Below are positions 22,006-34,121 of a stretch of 34,121 nt of DNA, in pieces. Origin of the DNA: Nemertoderma westbladi (Eukaryota; Animalia; Xenacoelomorpha). The notes beneath the pieces were generated by a model that was given only the letters and a program-made list of their open reading frames with translations, was not told where the DNA came from and ran no database searches. The stretch spans positions 1-34,121 of the forward strand of contig JAUCBJ010001649.1 of NCBI GenBank assembly GCA_032718475.1. Direction: 5' to 3'. Both the position numbers and the translations under genes were made by a program. Within the stretch, counting starts at the first letter, position 1. Each line of letters starts with the position of its first letter.

Positions 22006-23454
22006 TTAGTCTTTCTTGCGCGGACGGCGTTTACGCAGTTTTTTAAAGCTGGCCAGAGTCTTTTTCTCTTTGGGGCGAGCCACTTTACAAGGAGGGCTAT
22101 AACTCCTGGGTGAAGGGTGCAATATGATTGCATCAGAGGGTGTACGATTATGGTCGGTGTATCCGCCAGTCGAAGTGCCGGGTTGATTGACATCAACGTC
22201 GGGGGAGAGGGATCTAACGGCCTTGAGAGCGCATTTTAGGACGGCCACTCTTACGGGTCCTTTAAGAGTGGTCTGAACGAGAGCCGTGGGTGGACCATAG
22301 GCAGTCAGAAACTTCCCGGGTTTAATGGTTCTTTCCAACTCGCGTTCGCGGGCTCGGTATTCGTAAGGCCGTCGATATACTTCCTGTAACTCGGGGTGTG
22401 AGTTAACAAATAAGTCTCCATAGTCTGGATCCTGACGGATAAAATTGATTAGGTTATATGAATGAAGGTCGCTAGGATTAACACTCCTGAGAAATTTGCG
22501 TACGAACTTGGTTGAAATACATTCTCCGACGCGCTTCAGTAGTTCGTAACTCGATATGCGTGATTTCTGTTCGACAGAAGCGAATAGATAAGGATGGAAT
22601 GCATAAACTCCTTCGTAAGCGCGTCCAGGATAATAACGATGGCGCGAATCACAATGTAAATCAGCGTTCGCTTCCCAAGCTCTGATGTAACGTAGTGTGA
22701 TCATTTCATCTACGCTTTCCAAATCGTGATTAAAAGGGCAATCGAAACTGGCGTGTCCCTTTAGTTAACAATGGTGACATTGAGTCATAAATTGAGGGCA
22801 AACCGCAAAAATGTGTAAGTTATTGAGTCTGCAATACGCACAATAAATTTCCATCGCCGATTGTTCGTGGAAATAGGAACAGCGGACGTTTGTGTCCATG
22901 GGAGTAACATGGTCTCTCGATGCGCATAACCGACAACGTTGCCGAGAAACATAGTTGGCATGGCGATAATCGTACGCAGTGAGAAACTGTGGACCTTGAT
23001 ACCATTCTAGGATGTAATCGTTGTCGCTGTTCCGGGCGCGATAGGCTGAATCTCCTCAGATTCTAGGCATATTGGTTCGTCTTCCCAGTCTGTTACGAAT
23101 ATAATTTTCGTGATCTATTCTCGGTTTATCGTTACGACTCCGCTGGGTATGATATTTAAATAGAACCATTTCCCTTTCGGTGTCTACATCGTCCGTATCA
23201 TGTAAATCGATAGGATGGCCGGTAGTTAGGAAGTCCATATACGTACTATTACGATGCGTATAGCGAGCGGTGAATTTTCGATAGTCCAATTCACGCGTAA
23301 GTTGCTCTTGGGACATCGGCGGTTCGATATAACGACCATCGTCCTCCGTAATGGTTGGATCGGTTTCACCGCGTATCAAGCTATCCACAAATGCTTGTAA
23401 AGGTAGAGTATATCGCTCCCTGATACCAAGATCATCTTCTATCAACTCCGTCAT
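22006..23454 (-). pseudogene. Zinc-knuckle ORF of element B, left copy, with two in-frame stops
   Basis: Same frame as the right copy. TGA at 23058-23056, plus a copy-specific TAA (CAA in the right copy) at 22767-22765. Confidence 0.75.
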
Positions 23455-24658
23455 ATCTGCTATCTGAGTTTATTAATATCGAAATGAGTTTATGTTTAGG
23501 CGAGCGGACGTCGCTGCCTACCTCTCTTTGCCCCCGGACAGTGGGATTCTCAGCGCCGATGTACCGTCGTCGCGGTGTTTACGCCAACATGTAGCAACAG
23601 CACGACAACGATAACCGGCACAAGTCACTCCACTGTCCGTCCCAAAGGCTTGAATCCACTTTAGGTTCTTTCTATAGGAGAGTTGGGCTACTTTCACAAT
23701 TGCGACTAGCTACTGTAAACATACTTTAGCAGTAACATTCACCTATAAACGCACAAATTCCACACAACTGTCACCAATTGTACACATACAGGCCATTTGT
23801 CCGTTAGTCAGTGCCTTCCAGAATGTCACGTTATTACTGTGTATCTTTGGATACTAACAGTGTGCTATGTATTCTCTATGCTATGCAATGTGACAAGCTT
23901 TCTATTGTTCTTTTAACTTGCTTCTAATTCTAGCGTGGGTGTTGCTATGATGACATTATGGAAAGCTAGCGGTAGAATTAGGGTAATTCTCATGCATACA
24001 GATCTGGAATGCTATTTAATAGTAATTCTTTAATTGTCAATATCCTCTTTATACATGATTTTATTAATTTTATTGGCTATTGACTATATGTCGGAGATTC
24101 TCGCACTCTAATACACTCAATATGATGAATCTCCGCTCCCATGATCTATTAATTAATGGAATTTTGGGAATGTTATAAATTGCACAAAATGACAATTTAT
24201 GAAATTCATTTAAGATATGAATTTAAATTTATTCCCGTGAATTTTATTATTTGATGTTAAAATTGACACAATTTTTATTCCAGAGCATGTCTGGGGACCT
24301 AGGATCCTTAATTCTATAAAATTGTCTTTTAAGAGTATCGGTAAGTGCTGCGATATCTTAATTGACTAGAAATTTTAAAGGATCTGAATTTTACAGATTT
24401 TAATAAATATTAAATTAATATTTAAGATGGGCACCGATTTATTCCAGAACTTGTCTGGGGACGTTAACCACTGATTCTAGAATTTGTCTTTCAAGTATAT
24501 CGGTGGGTGCCGCGATATCTTAATCGACTAGAATTACAGATGGTCAAAAGGTTTAACAGATTTATTTGCGTTTTACGCTACTGTTAGAGGGACATCACGC
24601 TACTATATGTATTATTTAATATAAGGTAGAAGAGCAATATCGCACGAAGCAATGTCAG

Positions 24659-25063
24659 TGTGAAGAGGCAAGTCGTTTCCAAGGTCTACCCAGAGCTTGG
24701 TTTAGCCGAGACACGAGGATCTGAACTTTGCATTCCTAATACTCTGCCTACCAATAATACTTGAATATAGTAGTGGCTTTATTGTACTTTAATAAGTACG
24801 GACATTTCATCTTACTGTAGTCACGTATTTATAATATGATACGGACAGTAAGGAAAGAGAAAAATAATTATTTCTCGCCGTCGCACTAAATATATATTAT
24901 AATGTAATCTACGTAATAAACACTAATATATTGCACTAACCTACTAAATAATCCTAAAATAACATTCTACTAAATAAAATTAAATAAAACGATTATAATA
25001 AAATTACATAATAATACATACATAAATATAAAATAAAAACAAATATAAAATGATATAGTCACA
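24659..25063 (-). mobile_element. 3' LTR of BEL/Pao element A (405 bp)
   Basis: On minus TGTGA...TCACA (5-bp inverted termini). It starts 18 nt after the ORF stop, directly after the PPT-like GGAGTGGGCG (25073-25064), with AATAAA at 24783-24778. The start is better supported than the end. Confidence 0.7.
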
Positions 25064-25081
25064 CGCCCACTCCATATGTTA

Positions 25082-28000
25082 TTACGTTATGGAGTCCCTA
25101 GATATTTGTCGGATTAGGGAAGTGGTCGTAGGAAGAGTATCTTGCCTTCCATAGTTTCCGGACAGTTTTCGGTCTCTTTCCAGTAAACATAAACGACTAG
25201 CTGGGCGATTGAGTTGTTGTGTTACTTTCTCCGCTCCCTTGGCCTGTCTAATCTCCGCCGTGGTAAGATGAGGAGGCCATTCTTCTTCTTCTTTACTTAA
25301 GAAGTCGGATCCACCTAACCAGCCTGGAGTATCTATCAGTTCTTGAGGAGTTGCTCCTCTGGAAGCGATGTCGGCTGGATTAATCGTCCCAAGGCAATGT
25401 CTCCATTGATCTACATTGGAGTTAATATCGTCATTATCTGAGGAGTATGGTGTTCCCTCAGTTGGATCGTCCACATCACTGCTCTCCACTTCCCATTCCT
25501 TTACTTGGTATACCTGTTGTTGAGGTAATCTCTCTTTGAGAGTTCTACGGGAAGGGCCAGTGAAGTACCAACCTACTCTAGTTCTTACCGCATAGGTTTG
25601 TAGTGGCTGCGGTTGAGCAGGCCGTTTCTCCAATGTCTCGAGCGCCTCATGCGCGTTTTGGCCGATGAGTATTTGCACTCCAGGATAATCTGTCTGGAAT
25701 CGAGGTATCTTAAGCTGTTGGATGCTCTCGTCCTCGTCCCAGTTATAAGGTTCTACTTGGGTAGTAGCGAAGTTCTTTATAGCCACCATTTTTACTGACC
25801 TTATACTTTGTGCTCCTAATTTATCCTGGGGGGTGGACAACGCACCTACATAGTAATCTGCCGTTATGGTAGATTTCCAAACCTGCATAATTCCTGACAT
25901 ATTCAACTTAGTTCGGAATTTGGGTTGTCCAGCAAAGATATCTTCGGCTAGTTCTTGATCGATGAATGTTCCTGTGCTGCCGGAGTCAAGGAGGGCGTTC
26001 ACTATGTAACTTTTGTTAGGACCGTGAACTCTTACCTGCACTACAGGAAATTCTCTGATTCCTACGTTGGAAGTTGGAGCTTTCCAAGATGGTTGTCTGT
26101 CAAAGGTAGTTGGGGGGAACTCATTGTCGGTGTCCTTTTCGTAAGTAAGTGCTCGATACACTGCGGTATTTATTAGGTAACAGGATTCGTTGGCGTCGGA
26201 GAATTCGTCCGTATAGAATCCTTCCATCTCAGATTCTTGATCAGTGTCATTTACATCACTGAATTGGACATGTAGTTCGGGCTCACTTACCTGACTCGGG
26301 TTGTTTCGTTCGAATTCACTGTGTAACAAGATGTGATGTTTCGCACCGCACTTTGCACACTTTACGTCGGAGTAACAGGTTCGCCGTTGGTGTCCTTGTC
26401 TGAGGCAATTATAGCATAACCGCTTATCCCACATGACTTCACGTCTGTCTACCAGGGATTTCTTTAGGAATTCAGCACACACACTCAAACGGTGGGGCCC
26501 GTCGCACAGCGCACATTTTGGTTTGATGTTACTCACTTTACCTTGGGTAACGTTATGCACTCTCGTTCTTTCTTCGGGCTTTCTTCCGTGAATTCTCTTA
26601 GGAGACGTAGGAGGAGTTGTTGTTACCTGTTCTCTCCTGTCACTGGTTCGAGACTTATATTTACTTACGTCTTTATAGGTCTTGTTGTCATAGTAAGATT
26701 TTGCTGTGTCTTTCCCGCTGTCCTCTTCTTGAGAAGCTTGGCTTTCGCCGTCGTCAGTATAACACACTGGTGTTACCCTTCTCCTAGAAACGGGTTTCTC
26801 ACTTACCTTATTTTCCGATGTTTTCTCTCTGGACTGCTTTATGAGTTGTAATTTTACTTCACTATCTAAGAAGGACATGAGATCAGCCATGGTAGGGCCT
26901 CGTCGTTGCTGCTCATTCATATACAACACTTTCTTGTCCCAGCGTGTACATACTCCACCCTTTGGTAAAGTAGAGACTACGGCTCCAATAACCATGGAAC
27001 TCTGATATTCATGAGACTTACCTAACCAGTCCAATTGTCTACAGATCTCCTGAATCTCATCGGAAAACTCTATAATCCCGCTACTAAGGAACTTTCGGGG
27101 GGCTACTAATTTTGCATACAAATACTTAGCTATGTTATCCTTGTTACCATACCTGATGTTTAATGTGTCCCAAACTTGTCTTAATCCATCTGGATGTCCA
27201 ATAAACTTTAACGCCATTAACTTGGGAGGTCCTTCCAAGCACTTGATGAGGAATCTAAGTTTCTCTCCGTTAGATAGTACAGAGTTCTGTATGCTATCTT
27301 TGTAATATTCATTGAAAGGTAACCATTTCATCTCATCTCCATTGAATTTGACGATTTCTCCCACTTTGACCGCTTGGCGGGCTTCTGTTCTAGCCATCTG
27401 ACGCGTAAAGCTTTCTTGGGCCATCGTGTTATTTAATATCGAATTATCGGTATATAAATTTCCCGGATTATTATCAGGTCTATAGGGAATATCATTAACA
27501 ACAGGTTCATAATCACCCTTAATAGGGTTTGCTATAGGAGTTTCTACTTCACTAGCAGTATAGATGCGTGTAGGCTCCACACCTTGCGCATGTAATACTT
27601 CCTACCTAACAGGTTGACACAATGTTACAGGGGGTATTGGTATACCCTTTTGTATATTGACTAAGTTGTCGCGTTCTAGCGCGATACTTTGCTGCACTTC
27701 TTGCAATTCTACCCTACTTTCCCTTAATGTTCCCTTGAGTTGGTGGACATTCTCCTGCATCTGTCCGAGCAGGAGATTCATCCCCAGTCGTCCCTCCTCT
27801 ACCCACTCGACCGCCGAAGCGGGAGTCGCCAACATTGTAGCGGGCAGACGCGGGACGACGGGAGACAAATCGTTGATTTCTCTCTCAGTGTCCAGGACAG
27901 GGATATTCGCATGGACTGTTCTACCGGGTACAGGCAGTGTAGTACTGTGTAAAGGGAATTTAGAGTTAAGCTCTGGAAGTACAGGGGTCTCTAGCACAGA

Positions 28001-29131
28001 AGTGGCTTTGGGAACGACAGGCCTAACTATTTCAGGCTCATCAACTATGGTAGGGAGTCTTTTGACCTTAATAATTTGGTCTGTGGGTTCTGTACTACCT
28101 AAGTCTGTGCTAGCTAGTTGTCTTCTGACAGCTGGGGGCAAATCAGGCAGTTTATGACGGTGAGATGTTTTTCTACGCCTGCTTAGACGAGATCTATTTC
28201 CTCCGCCTTCAGGATCGGTGGTCTCGCCTTCTTCCGATGATGTGTATTCTTGGCGTTTGGGAGTAAATCGACTCATCATCTGCATGTGACTAGCAGTTAA
28301 CTGTTTATTTATGTTGTCTTGCGTCTCTTGCAGATTTTCCAACTCTAGTTGGGTAGTCTCCTCAGACACTCTCCGTTCTGCTTCTGCCACCGCTGCTTTT
28401 CTTTTTGCTTCTGCTTCTGCCACCGTTACTGCTGCTGCCTTTCGGTCCTCTATCTGTTTTTTCTTTATTTGTTCTTCTTGGACTCTAACGAGGCGGAGTC
28501 GTTCATCAAATTTAGCTTGGTTCGCAGCTAACATTTCCGCATCGATTGCGTCCAACACAAGCTTGGTTCCTTCACTATTAGGGCGAAGTCCAGACAGTCG
28601 TCTCCTCAACTCTTCGTCTCCTAGGAATCGCTGATAGTCTGACAGATAGATGTCAATGGCGTCTCTAGTTCGCGGCTTCTCTGCTGCTGTTAATTCGCTT
28701 TCCACTTCGCTTTCCACTTGAGAAGAAGTGGCGTCGGTTGATTCTTCAAAGGTTGTCCACTCATCATAAACCGTATCCGCCATCTTCGCTCCGCGTTCGG
28801 GCGTCCGCTCAGCAGTATCCGAACTACTGGAGCTATCGGGCCGCTGAGAACTAGGTTCTTGGCTAGGATGTTGCTGCTGTTTGACAGCTGCTTCTTGATC
28901 CCGCTTGACTTGGGCCCGAGTGCCGATGATACACCTACGTTGTTCTACTAGCCTAGGGTCTGACACTACTACAGTAGGGATGGCCTTTTTTACAATAGTA
29001 GGTGACTTAGACTTGGATCTAGGATGTTCTAGACTTGGATCTGGGTCATTGATCTTTTTAAGACACTGTCTAACAGTCATTCTAACACTTTCTAAGAGAC
29101 TATCCGACAGTGATTGGGTTGTGTCTGACAT
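25082..29131 (-). pseudogene. BEL/Pao Gag-protease polyprotein (~1349 codons), RT and integrase deleted, one in-frame TAG
   Basis: Track ORFs 27602-29131 and 25082-27580 share a frame (AGG TAG GAA GTA...). Features: Pao-type Gag core (KFNGDEMKWLPF..EKLRFL..LEG), three knuckles CALC..H..C / CYNC..GH..C / CAKC..HHILLH, protease ALLDSGS (~25985), YAVRTRVGWYFTGP, RNase H tail QWRH..NPADIASRG..WLGG..FL..WP and pol C-terminus RPASRLCLLE. Confidence 0.88.
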
Positions 29132-29267
29132 GTTTGTTTACACAGTTGAATGCCTACGGCTATAAATACAGTTAAAGCAAGTCTAGTAATTCAGTATCAC
29201 TGTTAGCCTAATAATTAATTACCGATACTGCTACTCAGTGTAGCGTGATATATATATAATATATTAG

Positions 29268-29515
29268 AATACCGGTATGCTTATAGTATATATATAAGTA
29301 TTATTACAGACTAGATTTGTCACAGAGTACCGGTATATAATTTTAGCACAAATATATATAAATATATAATAGGCCTATCGTGAATACCGGTATACAGCTT
29401 ACACTTATAGTATATAAGTATAATTCTGGACTAGAATTAATTACAGAATACTGGTATAATTTCAGCCTAAATTTATAGAAATAAAGATAATAGGCCTATC
29501 GTAAATACCGGTATA
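29268..29515. repeat. Degenerate ~118-bp tandem duplication in the element A leader
   Basis: AATACCGGTAT at 29268, 29383 and 29504; ATAATAGGCCTATCGT occurs twice. Confidence 0.75.
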
Positions 29516-30223
29516 TCAATTATTTAAATAATTGAATTTCTGAATTTTAAAGGTTACTTAGTTACTTTAACTTACTTTATTACCGTTATTTAAGCAGTAG
29601 TCCAACTGATATTGAGACCTAGTTGTTGTATGGCAGGCCTACTATTTATAAATCGTTTGAGTTGATTTATAATATATATATACCCATTTAAAATGGGTTT
29701 TGTCAATATTTGAAATAAATGTTATTATTTCTGGGGGGTCACTACACAGAAGCTGTGCGCTCTCAGTGAAGTTCTATTTGTTGGACACTAAAATAAATAA
29801 TTCTAATTTACCTAAGTTACTTAATACTACAAATTACTTACGATACGGGTGAGATTAATTCTCTAATTAAAAACACAACAAAATATTACGTACGAAATTT
29901 TTAGGGTAATTTTACAGGAAGTCTACAAACCAGCCTAACAAAGGGTTAGAATTCTGATTATTACAACGGACAGGGTACTACGGTATTTGAAAATAATAAG
30001 TAGTAGTAAATATATCGCGCTGTCCAGATAGGAAAATACCACCGCCTGACGACCTATAGCCGTATCGCTATAGGTACTACGTTAAACCAAGCTCTGGGTA
30101 GACCTTGGAAACGACTTGCCTCTTCACACTGACATTGCTTCGTGCGATATTGCTCTTCTACCTTATATTAAATAATACATATAGTAGCGTGATGTCCATA
30201 TAACAGTAGCATAAAACGCAAAT

Positions 30224-30515
30224 AAATCTGTTAAACCTTTTGACCATCTGTAATTCTAGTCGATTAAGATATCGCGGCACCCACCGATATACTTGAAAGA
30301 CAAATTCTAGAATCAGTGGTTAACGTCCCCAGACAAGTTCTGGAATAAATCGGTGCCCATCTTAAATATTAATTTAATATTTATTAAAATCTGTAAAATT
30401 CAGATCCTTTAAAATTTCTAGTCAATTAAGATATCGCAGCACTTACCGATACTCTTAAAGGACAATTTTATAGAATTAAGGATCCTCAGTCCCCAGACAT
30501 GCTCTGGAATAAAAA
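30224..30515 (+). repeat. Degenerate ~162-bp tandem duplication in the element B internal region (mirrored at ~24272-24563)
   Basis: TTCTAGTCRATTAAGATATCGCRGCAC at 30254 and 30416; GTCCCCAGACA..TCTGGAATAAA occurs twice. Confidence 0.8.
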
Positions 30516-31332
30516 TTGTGTCCATTTTAACATCAAATAATAAAATTCACGGGAATAAATTTAAATTCATATTTTAAATGAATTTCATAAATTGTCATTT
30601 TGTGCAATTTATAACATTCCCAAAATTCCATTAATTAATAGATCATGGGAGCGGAGATTCATCCTATTGAGTGTATTAGAGTGCGAGAATCTCCGACATA
30701 TAGTCAATAACCAATAAAATTAATAAAATCATGTATAAAGAGGATATTGACAATTAAAGAATTACTATTAAATAGCATTCCAGATCTGTATGCATGAGAA
30801 TTACCCTAATTCTACCGCTAGCTTTCCATAATGTCACCATAGCAACACCCACGCTAGAATTAGAAGCAAGTTAAAAGAACAATAGAAAGCTTGTCCCATT
30901 GCCTAGCATAGAGAATGCATAGCACACTGTTAGTATCCAAGGATACACAATAATAACGTGACATTCTGGAAGGCACTGACTAACGGACAAATGGCCTGTA
31001 TGTGTACAATTGGTGACAGTTGTGTGGAATTTGTGCGTTTGTAGGTGAATGTTACTGCTAAAGTATGTTTACAGTAGCTAGTCGCAATTGTGAAAGTAGC
31101 CCAACTCTCCTATAGAAAGAACCTAAAGTGGATTCAAGCCTTTGGGACGGACAGTGGAGTGACTTGTGCCGGTTATCGTTGTCGTGATGTTGCTACATGT
31201 TGGCGTAAACACCGCGACGACGGTACATCGGCGCTGAGAATCCCACTGTCCGGGGGCAAAGAGAGGTAGGCAGCGACGTCCGCTCGCCTAAACATAAACT
31301 CATTTCGATATTAATAAACTCAGATAGCAGAT

Positions 31333-32781
31333 ATGACGGAGTTGATAGAAGATGATCTTGGTATCAGGGAGCGATATACTCTACCTTTACAAGCATTTGT
31401 GGATAGCTTGATACGTGGTGAAACCGATCCAACCATTACAGAGGACGATGGTCGTTATATCGAACCGCCGATGTCCCAAGAACAACTTACGCGTGAATTG
31501 GACTATCGAAAATTCACCGCTCGCTATACGCATCGTAATAGTACGTATATGGACTTCCTAACTACCGGCCATCCTATCGATTTACATGATACGGACGATG
31601 TAGACACCGAAAGGGAAATGGTTCTATTTAAATATCATACCCAGCGGAGTCGTAACGATAAACCGAGAATAGATCACGAAAATTCTATTCGCAACAGACT
31701 GGGAAGACGAACCAATATGCCTAGAATCTGAGGAGATTCAGCCTATCGCGCCCGGAACAGCGACAACGATTACATCCTAGAATGGTATCAAGGTCCACAG
31801 TGTCTCACTGCGTACGATTATCGCCATGCCAACTATGTTTCTCGGCAACGTTGTCGGTTATGCGCATCGAGAGACCATGATACGCCCATGGACACAAACG
31901 TCCGCTGTTCCTATTTCCAAGAACAACCGACGATGGAAATTTATTGCGCATATTGCAGACTCAATAACTTGCACATTTTTGCGGTTTGCCCTCAATTTAT
32001 GACTCAATGTCACCATTGTCAACTAAAGGGACACGCCAGTTTCGATTGCCCTTTTAATCGCGATTTGGAAAGCGTAGATGAAATGATCACACTACGTTAC
32101 ATCAGAGCTTGGGAAGCGAACGCTGATTTACATTGTGATTCGCGCCATCGTTATTATCCTGGACGCGCTTACGAAGGAGTTTATGCGTTCCATCCTTATC
32201 TATTCGCTTCTGTCGAACAGAAATCACGCATATCGAGTTACGAGCTACTGAAGCGCGTCGGAGAATGTATTTCAACCAAATTCGTACGCAAATTTCTCAG
32301 GAGTGTTAATCCTAGCGACCTTCATTCCTATAACTTAATCAATTATATCCGTCAGGATCCGGACTATGGAGACTTATTTGTTAACTCACACCCCGAGTTA
32401 CAGGAAGTATATCGACGGCCTTACGAATACCGAGCCCGCGAACGCGAGTTGGAAAGAACCATTAAACCCCGGAGGTTTCTAACTGCCTATGGTCCACCCA
32501 CGGCTCTCGTTCAGACCACTCGTAAAGGACCCGTAAGAGCGGCTGTCTTAAAACGAGCTCTCAAAGCCGTTAGACCCCTCTCCCCTGACGTTGATGTCAA
32601 TCAACCCGGTACTTCGACTGGCGGATACACCGACCATAATCCTACACCCTCTGATGCAATCATATTGCACCCTTCACCCAGGAGTTATAGCCCTCCTTGT
32701 AAAGTGGCTCGCCCCAAAGAGAAAAAGACTCTGGCTAGCTTTAAAAAACTGCGTAAACGCCGTCCGCGCAAGAAAGACTAA
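31333..32781 (+). CDS. ~482-codon zinc-knuckle (Gag/nucleocapsid-like or accessory) ORF of element B, interrupted by one TGA
   Basis: Track ORFs 31333-31731 and 31888-32781 are in one frame and the gap between them is open (GDSAYRARN...QRCRLCASRDHDTP). Knuckles CRLC-x4-H, CAYC-x5-H-x4-C and CHHC-x4-H-x4-C; basic tail KKLRKRRPRKK. Confidence 0.7.
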
Positions 32782-32859
32782 CTGTTTAGAGTATTTACAT
32801 ATATTAGAAACTGTGATTTTTGTATATTTATAAACTTGAATCCCATTTTCTGGGAGCGG

Positions 32860-34063
32860 TGTAAAAGCTTTTGCGGATATACTCAGTCCCCCTCGCCCGC
32901 AAGGTACCGTTATAGGTGTTTTAACGGACATAAAAGTCATTCTTCTATATGTGTGCTTTGGCGGACATGGTAAGGCAAAAAACCCGCAATGCGTCAAATA
33001 CCCTGGCACAGCTTAGCCTTGATGATTCAGATTACGACATCTAACAGCTGGTTGCTGACATGGAAACGGCCATTGGACACATGGTTCTTTGTTTAGCTTA
33101 ACAGCCAATCAGAGCGATTTTTTCTGTCGATGTGGAGATATTTGGCAGATCGTGCTAGGAGTGTTCAGTCTTACTGTTTTTCTTGATACTGTTGTGTTGT
33201 TTCTATCTAGGCCAGGAACACCGGCTCTAGAGTCAATTCGTTTCAGACTTTAGAAGAAACATTAGTAGGCTTAAGATTATAGAGCGTATAACTGTTATCA
33301 TATCAATCATATCAATCTTAACAACTCAATCGGCACATATATTGTCATATCATATCTTAACCTACCGTCTTAATGCTTTTTACTGTTGTCATATTTTGTA
33401 TCAGTTGGTTGAATATTATTTGGAGAACATTTATAAAGAACCCAAATTTCCCAATTTTCTTGATACACTACAGGTTAGAGAGACAGGTTACATATAGCGA
33501 TTGCGACTTATATTATTGTGGTTTGTAGTGAATTTAATGCTATTTGATAAGCACTACATGAGTCAGTTGCTGTTCTCTTTATATATGATAAAATTCATTG
33601 ACGGTCGGCAAATTAGTGTGCAGTATTGTGTGTTACCGGTAGTGTGCATGATTGTGACTGATAACTAAGCATTTCCTAAAGAATGCGCCTCATACGTGAA
33701 TCATAAGCCTTACCGACTTACCGTTGTGTTTAGTACAAGTCATATCTCTGTTTACCTAGATAGAGCGCCACGTCCTAAAGGAACTGTTAATATTTCCCGA
33801 AAGTGAATAATATTGGTCAGAAATTATTTATTAACGATCAATCGAATAATACAGTAAGCTTACACTGCAATAACAATCTAAGCCCTCAGAATCCAGTCTC
33901 CCGGGTATATCCAGCGGGTGAATGGACGCGCACTAGGCTGGCTTCTGCTAATGTTGTGTTTATTGGTATTAAATATTTGTCAATTTCTAAAGTCTATTTA
34001 TAAACCAAAAGACATATAAATTTTGGCAGGTTAAACTGCTAAAGGTCTTCAAAAGCGCGTACA
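32860..34063 (+). mobile_element. LTR of element B, 3' LTR, right copy (1204 bp)
   Basis: GGGAGCGG|TGTAAAAGCTTTTG ... CAAAAGCGCGTACA; homology with the left arm stops exactly at the terminal CA. Confidence 0.75.
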
Positions 34064-34121
34064 CAAGTTCCAGCACCAACTGACCAAACTCGTATCAGTA
34101 ATTCAGTAATTGTTAGTCTTT

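Larger units (their letters stand above)
20707..24704 (-). repeat. Left arm of a ~4-kb inverted repeat (partner 30083-34063)
   Basis: Reverse-complement match from TGTACGCGCTTTTG to CAGAGCTTGGTTTA, with scattered substitutions, small indels and one non-matching block (21559-21913). Confidence 0.95.
24659..30082 (-). mobile_element. Non-autonomous BEL/Pao LTR retrotransposon (element A), 5'-truncated with no 5' LTR or PBS
   Basis: 5' UTR remnant, Gag-PR ORF, PPT and 3' LTR in the expected order. Confidence 0.8.
30083..34063 (+). repeat. Right arm of the ~4-kb inverted repeat (partner 20707-24704)
   Basis: Runs from TAAACCAAGCTCTG to CAAAAGCGCGTACA; non-matching block at 32874-33186. Confidence 0.95.

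Noticed and set aside
25613-29165. Short plus-strand ORFs within the BEL ORF
   Set aside because: Antisense shadows of the Gag-PR frame.
20707-34063. Maverick/Polinton, DIRS or cut-and-paste DNA transposon with long TIRs
   Set aside because: No polB, DDE transposase/integrase or tyrosine recombinase is present, there is no TSD, and the arms resolve into PPT plus LTR structures.
34064-34078. PBS-like TGGTGCTGGAACTTG on the minus strand
   Set aside because: It is on the wrong strand relative to the LTR orientation set by the PPT, is absent from the other arm, and I cannot match it to a tRNA 3' end.

Overview
AT-rich, intron-containing eukaryotic (probably invertebrate) DNA made almost entirely of mobile-element sequence, with no recognisable host housekeeping gene. 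The left part holds a 7.7-kb uninterrupted minus-strand ORF for a divergent Helitron-like rolling-circle transposase with the order OTU protease, Cys/His-rich region, HUH Rep, Pif1 helicase, C-terminal GIY-YIG nuclease-like domain. Upstream of it lies a spliced Pro/Ser/Thr-rich zinc-knuckle gene that could splice in frame into the transposase. The middle part is repeat-rich: an RFX-box-like motif cluster, a 21-bp satellite, a perfect hairpin and opposed minisatellite arrays. The right part (20707-34063) has two ~4-kb inverted arms around a 5.4-kb spacer. The spacer carries a BEL/Pao Gag-protease ORF that has lost RT and integrase by in-frame deletions, followed by a PPT and a 405-bp LTR. Each arm consists of the last 46 bp of that LTR, the internal region of a second LTR element with a ~482-codon zinc-knuckle ORF, a PPT and a ~1.2-kb LTR. 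The U3 segments of the two 1.2-kb LTRs are largely non-homologous. All domain calls come from reading motifs by eye; no database search was run.
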